A DNA stretch of 64,000 bases from Octopus vulgaris (Eukaryota). Both the position numbers and the translations under genes were made by a program. The notes under the pieces were generated by a model. That model made no database searches. It was not told where the DNA came from and saw only the letters and a program-made list of their open reading frames with translations. Below, one piece after another: positions 14,480 through 64,000 of the stretch. The stretch's first letter is position 1, and the number at the start of each line of letters is the position of its first letter. Location: positions 39,804,001 to 39,868,000 of the forward strand of contig OX597827.1 of NCBI GenBank assembly GCA_951406725.2, read 5' to 3'.

Positions 14480-14923
14480 TATTATTTTTAATTTTTGCAA
14501 CAAGGGCAGCTAGGAGAGGTGGAGATGAGTGGATTACATTGACCCAAGTGTTCAACTGGACAAAATGCTACTAAGCATTTGGTCTGGCATGCTAACAATT
14601 CTGCCAGCTCAAAGATTTAATAATAATAATAATAATAACAATAGTAATAATAATAGTAATAATGATAATAATAATAATGGTTTCAAATTTTGCCACAAGG
14701 GCAGCAATTTTGGGGGTGGGGATGAGTTGATAACATCGACCCCAGTGTTTAACTGGTACTTATTTTATCGACCCCAAAAGGATGAAAAATAAAGTCAACC
14801 TCGGCGGAATTTGAACTCAGAACATACCAATGGGTGAAATACCGCTAAGCATTTCATCCAGCGCGTTAACGATTCTGCCATCTCGTCCCCTTAATAATAA
14901 TAATAATGATAATAATAATAATG

Positions 14924-14956
<33 letters not shown>

Positions 14957-15959
14957 TTAATAATAATAATAATATTAAAATTAATATATTCACTGGGTAA
15001 TTTGCAAAAAAACTAGACCTGCCCCATGTGGAAAACTGGTGGGAACACAAACCACCTCCAGTGCTTGAAAATGATCACATCTCACACCTCTGGAACTTCA
15101 TAGTTCAAACTGATAGAAAGATAGATGCAAATAGGCCAGACATTATATTGAAAGACTTCAGACAGAAATCATGCCTCCTCATTGATATGGCTGTCCCAAT
15201 CGACATAAATGTGTCTGAAATAGAAATAGAAATTGGCAAAATGTGGAACCTAATTCAGATACCAGGAAACCCCAAAATGGCAGAAATTCAAAAGATAGTG
15301 TTCAGGGGAACTGCCCATATCCTAGTTAAAATATTGTCTATGTTATCTCAAATTTTAAAACAAACTTATGATTTTCTTATGTTTTCTTAAACATTCTCTA
15401 GAATAATACTATGTGCCAAACCAAATATATGGCACCCTAGGCATAACACCAACTCGAACTTCTAACTTGTTGTCTCTTGAAGCCAACTCATACAAACACA
15501 AAGCAAAGGTCCAACATATAATAATAATTATGATTTCAAATTTTATCACAAGGCCAGCAAGTTCGGTGGAGGGGCTAAGTCGATTACATCAACCCCAGTG
15601 CTCAACTGGTACTTATTTTATTGACCCCCAAAAGGATGAAAGCAAAGTTGACCACAGCAGGATTTGAACTCAGAATATAGAGAGCAGGAAGGAATATCGA
15701 TACTCCAATGATTCTACCAAGTCACCACACTAATAAAAATAATAATCCTTTCTACTAATGGCACAAGGCCTGAAATTTTGGGGCAGGTGACTAGTCATTT
15801 ACATTGACCCCAGTATTAAACTGGTACTTATTTTATCAACCATGAAAGGATGAAACACAAAGTCAATCACGGCAGAATTTGAACTCAGAACATAAAGGCA
15901 AAGAGCTGCAAAGTAATTTACCAGGCATGTTAATGATTCTGCTAGCTCACTGCCTTATC

Positions 15960-16010
<51 letters not shown>

Positions 16011-16437
16011 TAATAATCCTTTCAACTAAAGGCACAAAGCCTGAATTTTGTTGGAAGGGGACTAGTCTATCACATCGACACCAGTGCTCAACTGGTACTT
16101 AATTTATCAACCCCTAAAGGATGAAAGGCAAAGTTAACCCTGACAGAAATTGATCTCAGAACCCAAAGACAGATGAAATGCTGCTAAACATTTCATCTGG
16201 TGTGCTAACAATTCTGCCAGCTCACATCCTTATCTAATAATAATAATAATAACAATAATAATAATAATAATAATAATAATCTTTTGTACAATATTTCACT
16301 GGTACTTAATTTATCTACCCCAAAAGGATGAAAGGTAAAGTTGACCTCAGTGGAGTTTGAACTCAGAACATTAAGATGAACAAAATGCTGCTAGGCACTC
16401 CGGCATGCCAACGATTCTGCCAGCTCATTGCCCTAAG

Positions 16438-16470
<33 letters not shown>

Positions 16471-16700
16471 CTTTCTACAATAGGCATAAGGCCTGGAATT
16501 TTGTGCGAGAGGGTTTGTCAGCCTAGGTGGAATTTAAACAGACCATAAAGACAGACATAATGCCAAAAAGCATTTTGTCTGGCATGCTAATGATTCTGCC
16601 AGCTTGTCACATTAATGATTATAGTAATAATAACAATAACAATAATAATAATAATAATAATAATGATATAATAATAACAACAATATCAATAATAATAGTA
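14480..16700 (-). repeat. Cluster of ~7 co-oriented family-C SINE copies/fragments separated by (AAT)n tracts
   Basis: Repeated aactggtactta...cccaaaggatgaaaggcaaagt...gaatttgaactcagaac...gattctgccagctc units, each followed by (AAT)n. Confidence 0.85.
14990..15520 (+). mobile_element. 5'-truncated R4/Dong-clade non-LTR retrotransposon (restriction-like endonuclease remnant)
   Basis: WWEHKPPPVLENDHISHLWNFIVQTDRKIDANRPDIILKD...LLIDMAVP (PD..D RLE motif); bounded by (TAA)n. Confidence 0.75.
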
Positions 16701-16802
16701 ATAATATACAAAAACAAAAATAAAATGGTGATTATAAACAGTTAAATGGTGATTCATGTAACAATTTTCTTTTCATTTTTACTTTTCCAATTCAACAGAC
16801 AT

Positions 16803-63205
<46,403 letters not shown>

Positions 63206-63884
63206 CTTAATATTGTTGTTGACAACTGTTGAGTTTTGCTGTAGAAAGTTATCCAGTCCGTTTGGGAGATTGTTCTCTGTTTTGAGTATTCCTTTTATCT
63301 ACCTGAATGTTGAAAGTCAATAAAAGGGACCAGTCACGCTCTAAGTACACACAACGCCCGCGTGCGCTTGCCAAATTGTTTTTTTTTTTTTTCTCTTCTC
63401 TTTATTTCCCCACTTCGTTCATAAATTTTCTTTCTTATCGTCGATCCTTTTGTTGCGCTTTACTTTTCAGTATGTTGTTTGTGTTAGTTACCTCAATAAC
63501 TTCACACCTTCTGAATTGACACTAACCAGTTCAACTGTGCGAATGTCTATGTTATCACCCGAAGTCTGCTTTTATTAAACTGGGTTTCTCTTTCTCTTTC
63601 ACTTTATCTGTCTAGCTGACTGAATTTATTAGCTAAGCTTTCTCTCTCACTCTTTCACTTTAGATATCTATCAATACGACTAACCCAAGTTTGTTTTTTT
63701 AATATTGTGTGCTGTGACAAATCACAACTGATGTACAGGTGTTTATACATGTATGTATACAAACATACATGCATGTGTGTGTGTATATATTTATATCTGT
63801 GTATATATTAAAATGAGGTAGTTTTGGTGAAGAATTTTAAAGTATAACTTTAAAGAGCTGTGTAAGTCCGGAACAAGGCTTTGT

Positions 63885-63960
<76 letters not shown>

Positions 63961-64000
63961 ATATATATATATATATATATATAAAAGCTACGTGACCTCT

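Overview
AT-rich, microsatellite- and transposon-dense animal genomic DNA. The repeat landscape (tRNA-derived SINEs, RTE LINE tails ending in (CAT)n, abundant (TA)n/(CA)n/(TATG)n) looks cephalopod/octopus-like; that is inference. Most ORFs in the track are microsatellite translations. One real protein-coding gene can be assembled by hand on the minus strand: a 5-exon METTL27/WBSCR27-like SAM-dependent methyltransferase. Its CDS exons are 63205-63032, 55689-55567, 23510-23372, 19867-19775 and 16987-16803 (237 aa; all introns GT-AG and phase-compatible; 32-kb second intron). The rest is decayed hAT, mariner/maT, RTE, R4/Dong-like, Gypsy-like, Penelope-like and Helitron-like elements, MITEs and SINEs. 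The most unusual signal is a recurring set of minimal type I hammerhead-ribozyme motifs with palindromic helix III. They come from several sequence-unrelated families, mostly in non-coding inverted-repeat (foldback) modules next to (TA)n tracts. One intact motif lies in sense orientation in the gene's last intron. There are also many large DNA palindromes, including a near-perfect ~1-kb one at the window start and a TTAGGG-containing palindromic MITE with an 8-bp TSD.
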